DNA of 63,677 nucleotides, the filler included, from Hausera hauseri (Eukaryota): assembly GCA_046269625.1 (NCBI GenBank). It is 11 parts of 11 records of this genome, joined end to end, with 100 filler letters (N's around TTAATTAATTAA, not from the genome) between each part and the next. Parts side by side here need not be neighbours in the genome. Positions count along the whole stretch, not along the records: positions 59,368 to 63,677 come from JBJURY010642996.1; 10 more parts are not named here. One strand, given 5' to 3'. The notes under the pieces are model-generated. The model made no database searches. It was not told where the DNA came from and saw nothing but the letters and a program-made list of their open reading frames with translations. Below are positions 63,515 to 63,677 of the stretch, piece by piece. Position 1 is the stretch's first letter. Each line of letters begins with the position of its first letter. The position numbers were made by a program, and so were the translations under genes.

Positions 63515-63677
63515 CAGGAACAGGTAATGTTCATCAGTGCCAGCACCAGGAAGTTGGGGGTGGGGTGTAATAGAGGTGTCGGTCAGTAGAAAATTTCACG
63601 GCGGACGAGGGGGGGTTGATTTATGGTTACTGCCTAGCGAGATGGGAAGTGTATAAAGTGCAAGTTTTTTTTTTTTT

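Overview
Eukaryotic (metazoan) repeat-rich DNA, not a prokaryotic locus. The window is a concatenation of 11 contigs joined by identical artificial 100-nt linkers (44 N + TTAATTAATTAA + 44 N), so adjacency across linkers means nothing. Contigs: 1-8069, 8170-12701, 12802-16968, 17069-23235, 23336-27284, 27385-33927, 34028-44062, 44163-49472, 49573-54474, 54575-59267, 59368-63677. Content is mostly decayed mobile DNA: five Ty3/Gypsy remnants, three Polinton/Maverick (adintovirus-like) remnants (capsid, penton, integrase, ATPase, two pPolB), a mariner with TIRs, a Chapaev-like transposase fragment, SINE/LINE remnants, a 3-kb foldback palindrome and one intact RTE LINE ORF. Host gene fragments are also present (GPCR, ACTR10-like, TEX14-like kinase, C2H2 fingers). 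The three most notable items are largely invisible in the ORF track because of in-frame stops or frameshifts. (1) A decayed multi-gene cassette (44163-49472, minus) built around a chuvirus-type fusion glycoprotein, followed by an FN3-like membrane protein and preceded by an AT-hook ORF. (2) A compact two-repeat TBP-like gene (26754-27203) beside Polinton morphogenesis genes. (3) A 566-bp insert with LTR-type termini and a 5-bp TSD carrying a captured actin-related-protein 5' fragment. All family assignments come from manual translation and motif recognition; no searches were run, and the boundaries of pseudogenes are approximate.
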